IMG/VR virus record: IMGVR_UViG_3300027522_000002 | Location: 1-53,808 of that record | Strand: one strand, 5' to 3' | Length of the DNA: 53,808 bases | Source of the DNA: a virus | Lineage: Duplodnaviria > Caudoviricetes | Shown here: positions 43,997 through 53,397 of the stretch, piece by piece | How the letters are laid out: every line of letters starts with the position of its first letter | Numbering within the stretch: position 1 is the first letter of the stretch | Notes under the pieces: generated by a model | What the model was told of the DNA's origin: nothing | What the model saw: the letters and a program-made list of their open reading frames with translations, nothing else | Database searches by the model: none | Program-made: the position numbers and the translations under genes

Positions 43997-45355
43997 CTAC
44001 GCATCATTGGCTGCATCTGTCGTGAAGAATAGTTTGATGCCTAGCAAGCGAGACACACCAGTAAACGTATCGCCACCCGCATTTGCATCCCTAAATATTT
44101 GAAAGTACGATTGCGTATCAACCGCTGCATTTGTAAGGGTAACTTCTCCGCTTAATGGAGAAACCTGCTGATCTTCTACCGTGCCTATCCCTGCGTCTGT
44201 AACTGTTACGGCTGTACCAAACGCAACATCTATAGTGGCACCATCGGCAACCGAAACTCCCTGCAAGCCCCAGATGCAATCCCCAGTATTTGTTGTGCTA
44301 GGCGTCCAAAAAACTTGAAATTTTATTACTCCTTCATTCCAACTTTTTGGAAATCCGATTGAGAACTGAGCAAAGTCATCCGCCGCTGCCGCAAAATCTA
44401 AGACTTTCATGTCAGGCCGTAACGCGGTTGTTTCCACTTGAGTAAGGTCTGAGCATGGGTTTGTTGTGCTGGGATACATCGCAGCGGCAGGAACCCAAAT
44501 TGTTTCCAAGCCTGCGACTTTAGCCGCAACACCACCAACCGTAAGTCCGTCTGTTTCTAACGTTCCATCAATATCAGCGTCTCCTGATATGTCTAAACTT
44601 GCAGCGATAATTTCACCACTAGCGTTTATCGCGCCGTTAATGTCGATTGTAGTAGCCGCAATTTGAATTTCAGTGTCTGCTACAATATCAAGCTGCCCGT
44701 CAGTAGATGAGTTAATATAAATAGCGGCGTCACGAAACTTTATCTTTTTGTCGGTTCCAACAAGAGAATCTGCGTTACTAGCAAATCCACCATTGAAGAC
44801 CGTAGCCGCTGTAGTTGTCAGAACCCCCGTAACGCCAAGAGTTTCACCGATTGTGACCAATCCAGTAACTCCTAGATCATCGCCAACAACCAGATCGTCA
44901 CTAACTACCAAGTCATCAACAGTGGTTGTTCCAGCTAAATTAACAGCCGTAAGAAGATCGTGAACCACGCCACCTGACCCGAGGCCGTCTGTCGCAATAA
45001 CTTTAGTCTGATTCGCAGGAATGATTACATTAGCTCCGCTGCCGCAAGTAAAAGTCAAAGCCGCAGCCGTTGCGTTATACATGAACCAAGTTTTGGAACT
45101 GGTGTTGGGCAAAAGAGTGACCGTGCAAGCCTGACCGCCGCCCGTGAGCTTCAGCCCAAGGCATCTATCTGCGTCCAGCGCACCGTCTGCAATCGTAATG
45201 TTGTCCGTTGAGGCGTTCGCAATAGCTCTGGTTCCCCAAGCAACGGCCTGCCCAATTATTTCTAGGTTAGTGTTAGTCGTATCGCCCCAAGAACCAGATT
45301 GTTCTCCAGAACCGATTTCTTCTAACCGTAAATTGTTTACATATGTGCTTGCCAT
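43997..45355 (-). CDS. Tail fibre protein
   Basis: MASTY...GEQSGSWG..TN.N anchor, beta-repeat shaft, C-terminal globular domain. Confidence 0.75.
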   Translation of the reverse strand: MASTYVNNLRLEEIGSGEQSGSWGDTTNTNLEIIGQAVAWGTRAIANASTDNITIADGALDADRCLGLKLTGGGQACTVTLLPNTSSKTWFMYNATAAALTFTCGSGANVIIPANQTKVIATDGLGSGGVVHDLLTAVNLAGTTTVDDLVVSDDLVVGDDLGVTGLVTIGETLGVTGVLTTTAATVFNGGFASNADSLVGTDKKIKFRDAAIYINSSTDGQLDIVADTEIQIAATTIDINGAINASGEIIAASLDISGDADIDGTLETDGLTVGGVAAKVAGLETIWVPAAAMYPSTTNPCSDLTQVETTALRPDMKVLDFAAAADDFAQFSIGFPKSWNEGVIKFQVFWTPSTTNTGDCIWGLQGVSVADGATIDVAFGTAVTVTDAGIGTVEDQQVSPLSGEVTLTNAAVDTQSYFQIFRDANAGGDTFTGVSRLLGIKLFFTTDAANDA

Positions 45356-45364
45356 TTTTCCATC

Positions 45365-45877
45365 CTATGCCGCAATGTTCGTCCAAGACGGTGACTGCGA
45401 GGGAGTAATCCCTGAGAAGTTTGGGGTCAGGGCGGGTATAATCTGCCCCCACGGTTGTTGCAGGATGCCAATCTCGCCAGTTGCTGACAACCCGGTTACA
45501 TGTACATTAGCGGTTCCAACGATGGCTGTCGATGCACTATTCACCGATGCCGTCATTGCCACCATTGTATTGGTGGTAAAGAAACTTCCGAGCGTTGCTG
45601 TTCCTACAACTCCGGTAACAAAAGCATTATCGCCTCTTGTTGTAGAAATTGCTCCAATGGAAGTGGTGGCACTAACACCCATGTTTGTGGTAAAGGTGTC
45701 ACCTACCGCTCCAGTACCTGCAACCCCTGTAACAGATACTACAGCATCGCCTTCTTGAACCGCCTGTCCAACACTACCTGTAGCAGTAAGCGCAAAAGCA
45801 GGACTTGTGTTCCAAGTGCTTGTATTCCAAGCTCTTGCTGAACTGTTCCAGCCTACAAACGCTACAGTAGAGGACAT
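45365..45877 (-). CDS. Virion structural protein (Thr/Gly/Val-rich)
   Basis: W repeats at the N-terminus; VTG..ATG..G repeats. Confidence 0.65.
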   Translation of the reverse strand: MSSTVAFVGWNSSARAWNTSTWNTSPAFALTATGSVGQAVQEGDAVVSVTGVAGTGAVGDTFTTNMGVSATTSIGAISTTRGDNAFVTGVVGTATLGSFFTTNTMVAMTASVNSASTAIVGTANVHVTGLSATGEIGILQQPWGQIIPALTPNFSGITPSQSPSWTNIAA

Positions 45878-46311
45878 TAGGCTATCCTAATAATCGCGTT
45901 AGACGCATCCGCAGTTGGGAAAATAATAGTAAAGTCCCCGCTACTAGCAGCTTTATCTGCGCCAAAATCCAAAACACAAACGGTAGGATCCCCAGATGCA
46001 GGGGCATTATAAATTAACGCGCCACGAACTGCCGAAATACTTACGTTAGAAAACACTTCATCCGCAAAGTCTGTTAAAGCGGTAGTTCCACTTGCCACAG
46101 GCGTTACACTGGTGAGGAATTGTCCGCCAGCACCGTAGTTTGTGCCACTAACCTCGTTGGTAGCAGTGTACGCAGTAGTCGCAGCCGTAAAGGTTGCGCT
46201 GTTAGTGTACAGAGCTAACTTAAATACGTTGCTTGCTGCTGTAAAATTGTGGACGCTCTTCATTAGTTCTACTTTGAACGAGGTACACAGAAAGTTTCCA
46301 TTAAATGCCAT
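45877..46311 (-). CDS. Virion structural protein
   Basis: CTSFKVEL, FKLALYT, GALIYN, VLDFGADK. Confidence 0.7.
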   Translation of the reverse strand: MAFNGNFLCTSFKVELMKSVHNFTAASNVFKLALYTNSATFTAATTAYTATNEVSGTNYGAGGQFLTSVTPVASGTTALTDFADEVFSNVSISAVRGALIYNAPASGDPTVCVLDFGADKAASSGDFTIIFPTADASNAIIRIA

Positions 46312-46611
46312 CTACATTTTCCTTATATATTCGGCCAACGTAGGCTGACCAGCATCTTTTATTGCATTATATACCGTAGTTCGGTCACTTTGTATAGCTT
46401 GGCGCATATAGACGGCGACAAGCTTTTCGATCTCATTACGGTACTCAATTGTCTGAGCGCGAATAGTAGGATGCGCGGTTTCTGAAACAGACACAATTTT
46501 GTTCACGCAACGGTTCGCAACTTCCTCGGGAGTAGAACCTCGGTTGTTGGTCGTAGCGACTTCAACTTTGAAGTCGTTAGACATTGTAACTGGAAAAGAC
46601 ATGTTGTTCAT
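46312..46611 (-). CDS. Conserved hypothetical protein
   Basis: TT.NRG.TPEE; AIQSDRTT. Confidence 0.7.
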   Translation of the reverse strand: MNNMSFPVTMSNDFKVEVATTNNRGSTPEEVANRCVNKIVSVSETAHPTIRAQTIEYRNEIEKLVAVYMRQAIQSDRTTVYNAIKDAGQPTLAEYIRKM

Positions 46612-46622
46612 ACGATACCCCC

Positions 46623-47480
46623 TTACGATTTGTTTCGGATAAGTTGACCTGTGCGGTACTCATCCGTTACCTCTAGGGCCTCACCTAAGTTTTTCAAACG
46701 AGATACCGACTCCCCAAATTTTTGCGTATACAACTGCATTAGAGTGGGATCTCCTTTCATGTAAGTGTAAGCCTCCGTTAAAGACCCGTACAGCATCGCT
46801 AATTCTGCGTTCTCACTAAGCCATGTTAATGTTGTATCCGCACCAATAGCCGAAATTACGCCCGTAGCCCCACTCGGACTAGCTGTAATTGTCTCACCAA
46901 CAACATAGTTGCTGCTAGGAATTACCACCACCAAGGAGGTGCCCGAAGGAACCAAATCTACGCCACTGCTTTCCCCGCTGGTGCCCCCAGTAATAGTGTC
47001 GCTTGTGGTAAACGTTCCAACAACACTTGTTAAGGTTAGCGTGTAGCTGCTTTGAGTTAGACTTTCGGGCCTGTAGAAATAATGAAGTTCTGCACTATAA
47101 CTACTATTAGGTGTAGGTCCCAAGATGAAGTTGTTTAGATCAAACATCCCATAGTATTTAGGAGCTCCAGTTGTAGCCGAATTTGGAGTGTACATCTGAA
47201 TAAACTCAGGGTCTTTGTATTCCACAAAAGATGTGTTGCTGTCGCTGTCTGTAAAAGACAGGGCAAACGGAGCTAAAAAATCACTCGGAACAGCTAAGTA
47301 TTTGTTGTTCTGAGTCATGGCTCCTGCGGAGTTCTTTCGAAACAAACTTAGTTGAACGTTTTTAAGAATGCGTTCCTCGGTAAGACGAATAAACAAAGGC
47401 AGGTTTCTTACAAAAGAAGTTTCATTGTTCTCAGTGTAATCTTCTATTGCCGTTTTCAACTGTGTGTATGTAAAACTCAT
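46623..47480 (-). CDS. Head-tail adaptor-like protein with inserted beta domain
   Basis: TY..LK.AI.DY.E, G.PKYY, LGPTP, LYGSL.EAY.YMKG. Confidence 0.7.
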   Translation of the reverse strand: MSFTYTQLKTAIEDYTENNETSFVRNLPLFIRLTEERILKNVQLSLFRKNSAGAMTQNNKYLAVPSDFLAPFALSFTDSDSNTSFVEYKDPEFIQMYTPNSATTGAPKYYGMFDLNNFILGPTPNSSYSAELHYFYRPESLTQSSYTLTLTSVVGTFTTSDTITGGTSGESSGVDLVPSGTSLVVVIPSSNYVVGETITASPSGATGVISAIGADTTLTWLSENAELAMLYGSLTEAYTYMKGDPTLMQLYTQKFGESVSRLKNLGEALEVTDEYRTGQLIRNKS

Positions 47481-48301
47481 GTGTTAATCTGACCTCCCAT
47501 ACCGCTATGATTTGTGCAATAGTAGTACAGGGTAGGAGCCCCAGAAGCAACTTCAATTTGACTATATGCTCCAGCACTCCCTGGCGTTCCGTTAATGGTT
47601 ACGCCTGTGGTGTACGCACTTCCACCCCCCCACGTTCCGTTAGAGGTAATAGAAAATCTTAAAGGGTGGTTGGAATTAGAAGAATTTGATTGATCGAATC
47701 TATAGATGCTACCTTCTGACAAGTTAAGGGTAGCTGCCCTTGAGCCATCAATATAATAATAGTTAGCTCCGGAATAAGAGGCAACTGTTACCGCGTAAGT
47801 AGCCGTAATGTCCGATGTTGTTGTAGTCGACACCGCGCCAACAGACGATGTTAAAGCCGCTAATGTAGGATATGCTTTGTTCTCTGCCTCTGGGGCTGTA
47901 GACGTTGCAGTACCAACAGACGATGTTAAAGCTACTAATGTAGGATATGCTTTGTTCGCTGATTCATCTGGGTTTATAACGCCAGTTACTGTTACTGTGC
48001 CTATCGCACCAACAGGTGCTAAATTACTCAAAGGTGTTATACCAGGGATACTATTAAACCCAACAGGATTAAAACCGTACTGTATGTTTCTTTGTTCCGC
48101 CAGATTATGTTCTGGACGGGGCCCTTTCAAAGCCTGTGGGTCAGGTCCAACTTTAGGAGCGGACAGTTGCGGTTGTTTTGGATCAAATTCGTCCGGCCCA
48201 ACTTTAGCTCCCGTCCATTCTACCATCATGTCACGAAGGCGGTATCGCCGCCCTGATCTATCAGATATCCCCCAAGCATGTTTTCCACTAGCGTATGTCA
48301 T
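47477..48301 (-). CDS. Virion protein with C-terminal cupredoxin-like domain
   Basis: N-terminal ISDRSG...EW.G...PKQPQL; C-terminal HPLRFS...YYYCTNHSGMG. Confidence 0.65.
   Translation of the reverse strand: MTYASGKHAWGISDRSGRRYRLRDMMVEWTGAKVGPDEFDPKQPQLSAPKVGPDPQALKGPRPEHNLAEQRNIQYGFNPVGFNSIPGITPLSNLAPVGAIGTVTVTGVINPDESANKAYPTLVALTSSVGTATSTAPEAENKAYPTLAALTSSVGAVSTTTTSDITATYAVTVASYSGANYYYIDGSRAATLNLSEGSIYRFDQSNSSNSNHPLRFSITSNGTWGGGSAYTTGVTINGTPGSAGAYSQIEVASGAPTLYYYCTNHSGMGGQINT
47838..47957. repeat. 45-bp direct repeat x2 (period 75 bp) within CDS
   Basis: 47838-47882 and 47913-47957; encodes NKAYPTL.ALTSSVG twice. Confidence 0.9.
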
Positions 48302-48966
48302 TACACCCTCAAATAACTCAAGCTGGGTTGTAGCTTCAAAGGAGTTCGTCCGGAATCTTCGTCTGCAGCCCGTTGAAACTCTTCTTCGTAAACCGATTTT
48401 AACATCTGGATTCGGTCAGGTACTCGTTTCATGGCAAGATAATACGCCAAACCTGCCACCATGCAGGGGAAAAACCTAAACGGCATATCCGCAGTGTTTA
48501 CTAACGCACCAGCATCTTCAATTCTTTGGACGTAGTAGTAAATTATCTGGTCGGTGGAGTTGTCCGGAACAGACCACAAGTTTATAATTGGGTCAATTTG
48601 TCTATTAAGCCAGTACTGACTTGGTCTTCCTTGGGTAGTTTTATTCGGGAGATTAGCATAGTCCCCACGGCTGATGCGCTCTACCTCGTAATCAGTGTTG
48701 TTGCGACGAAGAACAACGTCTAACAAATCAACCACATCATCCGTCAAGGGTTCTTGCGCCTTACCCTGAGTTAAGTTGATTGTGCCTTGTCGAACAGTCC
48801 ACAAGTTTAAACCTCTGTTGGCCCACTCTGCAAACATAAGATTCAAAGATCTACGCGCTGTTTTAGCATCGTAGCCCGTGCGAACCTCAAGTCCACAACG
48901 CTCATAAGCTTCTTCGATGACTTCAGCAACGTCAAGGTTAAAGTCTCTTGTTCCAGATGTTGCCAT
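48301..48966 (-). CDS. Head completion / adaptor protein
   Basis: MATSG...IEEAYERCG, ARRSLNL.F.EW.NRG.NLW, GRPSQY. Confidence 0.7.
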   Translation of the reverse strand: MATSGTRDFNLDVAEVIEEAYERCGLEVRTGYDAKTARRSLNLMFAEWANRGLNLWTVRQGTINLTQGKAQEPLTDDVVDLLDVVLRRNNTDYEVERISRGDYANLPNKTTQGRPSQYWLNRQIDPIINLWSVPDNSTDQIIYYYVQRIEDAGALVNTADMPFRFFPCMVAGLAYYLAMKRVPDRIQMLKSVYEEEFQRAADEDSGRTPLKLQPSLSYLRV

Positions 48967-48968
48967 AA

Positions 48969-49112
48969 CTAAACTAACTTCGGTTGTTGATTAGTTCTAG
49001 TCATAACACAGCCACCTTTTTTGTAACCCATTTTAGCCACCGCCGCTGGGGCCACTTTTTTCAACTCTGTTATGCCCTTACCTTTGGGTCCGCTAGGTAT
49101 CGGTTTTTTCAT
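48969..49112 (-). CDS. Small basic protein (47 aa), not in ORF track
   Basis: MKKPIPSGPKGKG...KMGYKKGGCV...; fills the operon gap. Confidence 0.55.
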   Translation of the reverse strand: MKKPIPSGPKGKGITELKKVAPAAVAKMGYKKGGCVMTRTNQQPKLV

Positions 49113-49791
49113 CTCCATCGTCCTCGTTATAAAGATTATCAAACACTCTATTCACATCCAGTGTATAGTCTAAATCACTTTTTGAATAGTGTATATGTTG
49201 GGATGGTCTGAAGTCTGGAGCACCCTCACCTAACGCAAACCAAGCAGGATGCGTCACACGCACTCGATTGTTAGGTAAAGCAACAATGTTGCCTGTCCAT
49301 TCTCCTGCGTCTAACAATTGCAAAACATGGCTTTGTTTATGCTGTGCAGGATCATCTGCTATTTCAGAGTCAGTGTAGTCAACCGTAAACAAATACTTTG
49401 CGGGAAAGAACTGACCATCAATCTTTGCCATCCAAGGACAAGGTGTAGCTCTGTCCAAAACGTATACTGCGTGGTGGTGCGAAGCACAGTCCCAAGGTTG
49501 AGCATCGTGTGTTGCCATTGGAGTAGGCCATTCCGATAACGGGATATCTGCGACCAACGCCGTAAGAGGCATCCGAGCCCACATTGCACCACCATGAACT
49601 GTGTCCTCTTCCTCGTCTTCGGCTTCGCAACCCGTAAAGATTACTTGAAAACTTAGGGACCTATTCGGCATACTTGTTACAGCTATGACCATCGCGTGTA
49701 AAAACTCTCCATGATATTTCTCATGGTTATGAGTGTACTCGCGACGAACCCAGCATTTAAAGTATGGTATGTTGCTTTGTAAATAAGACAT
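49093..49791 (-). CDS. Conserved hypothetical protein (His/Trp-rich)
   Basis: 232 aa globular sequence in the late operon. Confidence 0.75.
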   Translation of the reverse strand: MSYLQSNIPYFKCWVRREYTHNHEKYHGEFLHAMVIAVTSMPNRSLSFQVIFTGCEAEDEEEDTVHGGAMWARMPLTALVADIPLSEWPTPMATHDAQPWDCASHHHAVYVLDRATPCPWMAKIDGQFFPAKYLFTVDYTDSEIADDPAQHKQSHVLQLLDAGEWTGNIVALPNNRVRVTHPAWFALGEGAPDFRPSQHIHYSKSDLDYTLDVNRVFDNLYNEDDGDEKTDT

Positions 49792-49796
49792 CTACG

Positions 49797-50057
49797 CTAG
49801 AACACCCCCCTAAAACCAAATCCTTTGACTTGACCGCCAGCCCTCATGCCTTTGACTTGACCGCCAGCCCTCATGCCTTTGACTTTGCCACCAGCCTTCA
49901 TGCCTTTGACTTTACCACCAGCCTTCATACCTTTGACTTTGCCGCCAGCCTTCATGCCTTTGACTTTGCCGCCAGCTTTCATGCCTTTGACTTTTCCACC
50001 AGCTTTCATGCCTTTGACTTTGCCGCCAGCCTTGTAACCTTTTTTCTTCATTTTCAT
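49797..50057 (-). CDS. Basic repeat protein (KGMKAGGKV)x8
   Basis: AGGAG SD; variation between units is mostly synonymous. Confidence 0.8.
   Translation of the reverse strand: MKMKKKGYKAGGKVKGMKAGGKVKGMKAGGKVKGMKAGGKVKGMKAGGKVKGMKAGGKVKGMRAGGQVKGMRAGGQVKGFGFRGVF
49822..50037. repeat. 27-bp tandem repeat x8
   Basis: Unit approximately CCTTTGACTTTGCCGCCAGCCTTCATG. Confidence 0.95.
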
Positions 50058-50069
50058 TTTATCTCTCCT

Positions 50070-50297
50070 TTAAAAGATTCGGACTAATCCGCCACTTGCT
50101 TTCCAATTTATACGCTTAGAAGACTTTTTCTTTTTAGACGCCGAAGTACACTGAGACATAGTTGGTCTACACGCTGGATAACCTTTTCGCTTCTCGCCCT
50201 TCTGGCGACCACAAGGCTTCCCTGTTTTACAGTCAACCCATCCTTTACCATCGTTTTGGCTAAACCATTCTTGCAAAGAGTTTTTCTTTTTAGCCAT
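50070..50297 (-). CDS. Small basic Cys-containing protein
   Basis: L..WF...WVD...GKPCGR...YPACRP; TGATG coupling. Confidence 0.7.
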   Translation of the reverse strand: MAKKKNSLQEWFSQNDGKGWVDCKTGKPCGRQKGEKRKGYPACRPTMSQCTSASKKKKSSKRINWKASGGLVRIF

Positions 50298-50572
50298 CAG
50301 TACGTCCTTGTAACCTTGCGGCGAGGTTCTTCTACTTGACCGCAACCCGCAGCGATAACACCGCCACTATTGTAATTACGAGCAGGACGTTTGGGTTTGT
50401 CTATAGCCGAAATGATGCCACCTGTAGCAGCCTTCTTAGTAGAGTTTCCCCAGTTTGCGGCCCCCACTTTTCGACACTTGGCTACCGCTCCGCTTGCGTA
50501 TGCGCTGGGCCACACCTTGTACCGAGCCTTTACCTTTTTGGCGCAAGCGTCGAGCTTTTTCTTTTTTGCCAT
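50297..50572 (-). CDS. Small basic protein
   Basis: DAC..KVK.RYKVWPSAYASGA..KCRK.G..NWG. Confidence 0.75.
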   Translation of the reverse strand: MAKKKKLDACAKKVKARYKVWPSAYASGAVAKCRKVGAANWGNSTKKAATGGIISAIDKPKRPARNYNSGGVIAAGCGQVEEPRRKVTRTY

Positions 50573-50805
50573 TACTTGTCCTTTCTGGAGGTGTGGAAAC
50601 TTGAAAACTCATCGCCCCACGATTCATCATTTCTTGCGCTCCTGACCAAAAAATCCTGCCACATAGGCTTTATCATATCGTAATTTTCTTCCACTTTGTA
50701 AGAAATTAAACTTACACTAGCGTTCATCTGGTAAACTTGCAAAGATGCCCAGCCCAACATTCCCAAGGCAACCGCAGAAAAAACACTTTGCAAATCTAAT
50801 TTCAT
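50572..50805 (-). CDS. Small membrane protein
   Basis: N-terminal TM helix. Confidence 0.6.
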   Translation of the reverse strand: MKLDLQSVFSAVALGMLGWASLQVYQMNASVSLISYKVEENYDMIKPMWQDFLVRSARNDESWGDEFSSFHTSRKDK

Positions 50806-50809
50806 TACG

Positions 50810-51055
50810 TCACCACGCCTTACATGACCAGTATTTGGCCTTTAGTTTATCCAAGGTGCCTTTGTCACAACCATGTCTTGCACGAAACGATTTTCTGCGC
50901 TCGGGGTTAGACTTCTTAATTGTCATGTTGGCATCGCCAAACCGAACAATCTTTTCTTTCCCCTTGTCGCAAGCCTTAACAACAGACTTTTTGCCGCCGG
51001 ATATTTGGCGTTTCGGCTTGTTGCATTTCATTTTGGACTTGTCGATCTTAGCCAT
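50810..51055 (-). CDS. Small basic protein
   Basis: VRFGD..M.IKK..P.RRKSFRARH.C...YWSC..W. Confidence 0.75.
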   Translation of the reverse strand: MAKIDKSKMKCNKPKRQISGGKKSVVKACDKGKEKIVRFGDANMTIKKSNPERRKSFRARHGCDKGTLDKLKAKYWSCKAW

Positions 51056-51066
51056 TTTAAATCGCC

Positions 51067-51678
51067 TTATGCGTGGTAAAACATCATAAGATCAAATTGC
51101 GGAACAACGAATGTAACGTAGCAACCATCCTTAAACAAAACACCCTCATCTGGTATAAACGGATCGTCCGAGGAGTTATCAGTTCCAATCGAGCGGAACT
51201 GTATGACTTCTGTTCCCGTAACACCACCGTTACGCAAGTTAGCTATCCCAGCAGTTCCACCGGAAACAAAAGAAAACCCTTGCAAACGAGTGCGCCCCGC
51301 AAAAACTACCCCCGCTGCGTTGGCGTTTATACCAGCAGACACGTTTCCTGCGGGGTTGCCAACTGCGGTTATGCTTGCAATTGTTTTAAAATATCCGGTA
51401 CTGGTTGCCGTTCCATCATTAGCCCCCGTAAGGTTTTCGGTAAGAGCCGCACCATTTACATCTGTGCCGACTATATTAAACGACTTTGAAGAATCGTTAC
51501 CTGCTGACAAAATGGTTACTTGCCTTGCAGAAGCGTTTGTAACGCTGCCGCCAGAAGCTAAAGCCCCGCCAATAACCAAGGCTGCGTTGTTTCCCACTGA
51601 AGTGGCTGTTGAAATTCCGTCCGCATCTAATGCCACCTCATCGCTGATGATGACCGGGGTTACGTCTGATCCTGCCAT
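51067..51678 (-). CDS. Virion structural protein
   Basis: Ala/Gly/Thr-rich beta protein in the late operon; GGAGG SD. Confidence 0.7.
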   Translation of the reverse strand: MAGSDVTPVIISDEVALDADGISTATSVGNNAALVIGGALASGGSVTNASARQVTILSAGNDSSKSFNIVGTDVNGAALTENLTGANDGTATSTGYFKTIASITAVGNPAGNVSAGINANAAGVVFAGRTRLQGFSFVSGGTAGIANLRNGGVTGTEVIQFRSIGTDNSSDDPFIPDEGVLFKDGCYVTFVVPQFDLMMFYHA

Positions 51679-51698
51679 TTTGGCCTCCTATAAATGAA

Positions 51699-51718
51699 GG
51701 CGGGGCGTTAACCCCGCC
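51699..51718 (-). terminator. Intergenic hairpin / weak terminator
   Basis: GGCGGGG/CCCCGCC stem with a short U-rich tail. Confidence 0.45.
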
Positions 51719-51728
51719 AAATTAAACA

Positions 51729-52340
51729 TTAGGCTGCAAAAGCAAACGTACCTGTAGTACCCGCGCCAAGATGCTGGAAGTTAAACGAAACATTCCACAG
51801 ACCCTTTGTTGTGCAGGTGAAGTAGATATATGAGCCAATGCTCATCAAGTTCGTTGCTGCGCCTGCTGGAGTAAACTTCAACAAAGTTTCTCCCGCAGCA
51901 GACGTATCGAACACAACTGCGTTGCTTGTACGGCTTTCTATAACGCTGCCTGTCTCATAAGCATCACTACCCGCGCAATCAAAGCTCAAGAAAGCAGTTC
52001 CGCCAGTAGTGTCTACGGACTGAGCGTGTACAACAACAACACCTGCTGTCGCTGCTGGCAGAGTCGTGATCTGCTGGGCACCGCCAGTGAATGGGTTGAC
52101 GTTAATTCCAGCAACATAAGTAACTGTAGCACCAGTGGCTTTAGCCGTTACAGCTAGACCGTTTAGCGTGGGGTGAGCACCACCAGAAAGGACAGACCCA
52201 AGTACCGTAAGATCCCCGCCAATCGTAGCGTTGGTTCCGTATGTAGAGTTAGTGGTATCAACGCCAGTTGTAGCGTTGGTTGTAATGTCTTGAAAACCGT
52301 TTTGCGAACGAACTGGTCCGCTAAAAGTAGAATTGCCCAT
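51729..52340 (-). CDS. Virion protein (head fibre/decoration candidate)
   Basis: M.NSTFSGPVRS.NGF anchor and TLPAATAG; first gene after MCP. Confidence 0.7.
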   Translation of the reverse strand: MGNSTFSGPVRSQNGFQDITTNATTGVDTTNSTYGTNATIGGDLTVLGSVLSGGAHPTLNGLAVTAKATGATVTYVAGINVNPFTGGAQQITTLPAATAGVVVVHAQSVDTTGGTAFLSFDCAGSDAYETGSVIESRTSNAVVFDTSAAGETLLKFTPAGAATNLMSIGSYIYFTCTTKGLWNVSFNFQHLGAGTTGTFAFAA

Positions 52341-52418
52341 GAGAATCTCCTGTCTTGGGTTAAGTCAGCCACAGAATGCGACTGTCAGGGATATCTCTAC
52401 AATACAACAGGTCTATTC

Positions 52419-52447
52419 AAAAAGAAAGGGGCAACCGAAGTTGCCCC
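52419..52447 (-). terminator. Rho-independent terminator after MCP
   Basis: GGGGCAAC-TTCG-GTTGCCCC followed by TTTCTTTTT. Confidence 0.9.
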
Positions 52448-52472
52448 TTGTCCCCCTTGGAAGTAGAGGGTC

Positions 52473-53384
52473 TTAGGCTCCAGGGGAGCCAAAGATACAA
52501 CGGGGATCGCTGAAGCCGAAGCTATAACGTTCCCGTGCTTTGAAGCGCATGTTACCCGTGTCGAAATCAGCTTCCATGTTAGTGGAAAGAGGAGTCCGCT
52601 CAAAGTGAACAAAGCCGCGAGGCGCGTCAGTTTTGATGAAGAACGCATCTGGATCAGTAAGGAAGTCGTTGACGGCATAGCCTTCTGGCAACATCCCCAT
52701 GGAACGGATTGCGTTAGTGTCATTGTCCGAAGTACCAACACGAAGGTTAGAGACCATCAGACGTTCGGCAACGAATTGCAACTGACGAGGGATCATCAAC
52801 TTTATGCCACGAAGAGCAACCTTCAAACCACGTTCGTCAACATAACCAGCGATGTTGATCAAAGCATCTTCAAGAGATGTTTCATTCAAATCCGCAGGAG
52901 TTGATGGTTCGTTGGCAAAAGTCCCACCGTTTGTAAGTGGGTGATCCGTAGCACAAAGTGCAACACCGTCACCGCCAGCAGAAGCACCCGCAGTGAACGC
53001 ATTGTTCAGCACAGCGGCAGCTTTAACCTGCTTAGAGTGAGCCATTGAACGAGCGAGGGCTTTCGTGTAACGACTGCCGAGGCGGTCATACAAGTTGTCC
53101 TCGATTGCTTCCTCAGTAATGGAGAACGCAAGCGCAACGGTTTCGTGGTTGTAACGAGCTGTGTATGCTTCGTTAGCATCGTCAAAGTTAATCGCAGAAC
53201 CTTCTGACTTAGTAGGTGCTGCGCCAAACCCGGCCAACATAACCTCTTCTTCGAATGCACGATCCGATGATTCAGTTGTGAAGATCTCAGCGTGTTGGTT
53301 TTCGTAACGATTGTACTCCATACCAAACAGCGCGTTGAGGCCCGGTTCTAGCTCTTTCGCTAGTTGTGCGCGTGAAATAGCCAT
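52473..53384 (-). CDS. Major capsid protein
   Basis: MAISRAQLAKELEPGLNALFG, FSITEEAIEDNLY, KARERYSFG.SDPR; GGAGG SD; strong terminator downstream. Confidence 0.9.
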   Translation of the reverse strand: MAISRAQLAKELEPGLNALFGMEYNRYENQHAEIFTTESSDRAFEEEVMLAGFGAAPTKSEGSAINFDDANEAYTARYNHETVALAFSITEEAIEDNLYDRLGSRYTKALARSMAHSKQVKAAAVLNNAFTAGASAGGDGVALCATDHPLTNGGTFANEPSTPADLNETSLEDALINIAGYVDERGLKVALRGIKLMIPRQLQFVAERLMVSNLRVGTSDNDTNAIRSMGMLPEGYAVNDFLTDPDAFFIKTDAPRGFVHFERTPLSTNMEADFDTGNMRFKARERYSFGFSDPRCIFGSPGA

Positions 53385-53397
53385 TTTTTAGACCTCC

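Noticed and set aside
49822-50037. 27-bp tandem as CRISPR or non-coding VNTR, and the plus-strand ORF 49764-50087
   Set aside because: No spacers; variation is mostly synonymous in the minus-strand frame, which has an SD; the plus ORF is its shadow.
52397-52741. Frameshifted C-terminal extension of the capsid protein
   Set aside because: No clear slippery site, and the alternative frame runs through the terminator hairpin.
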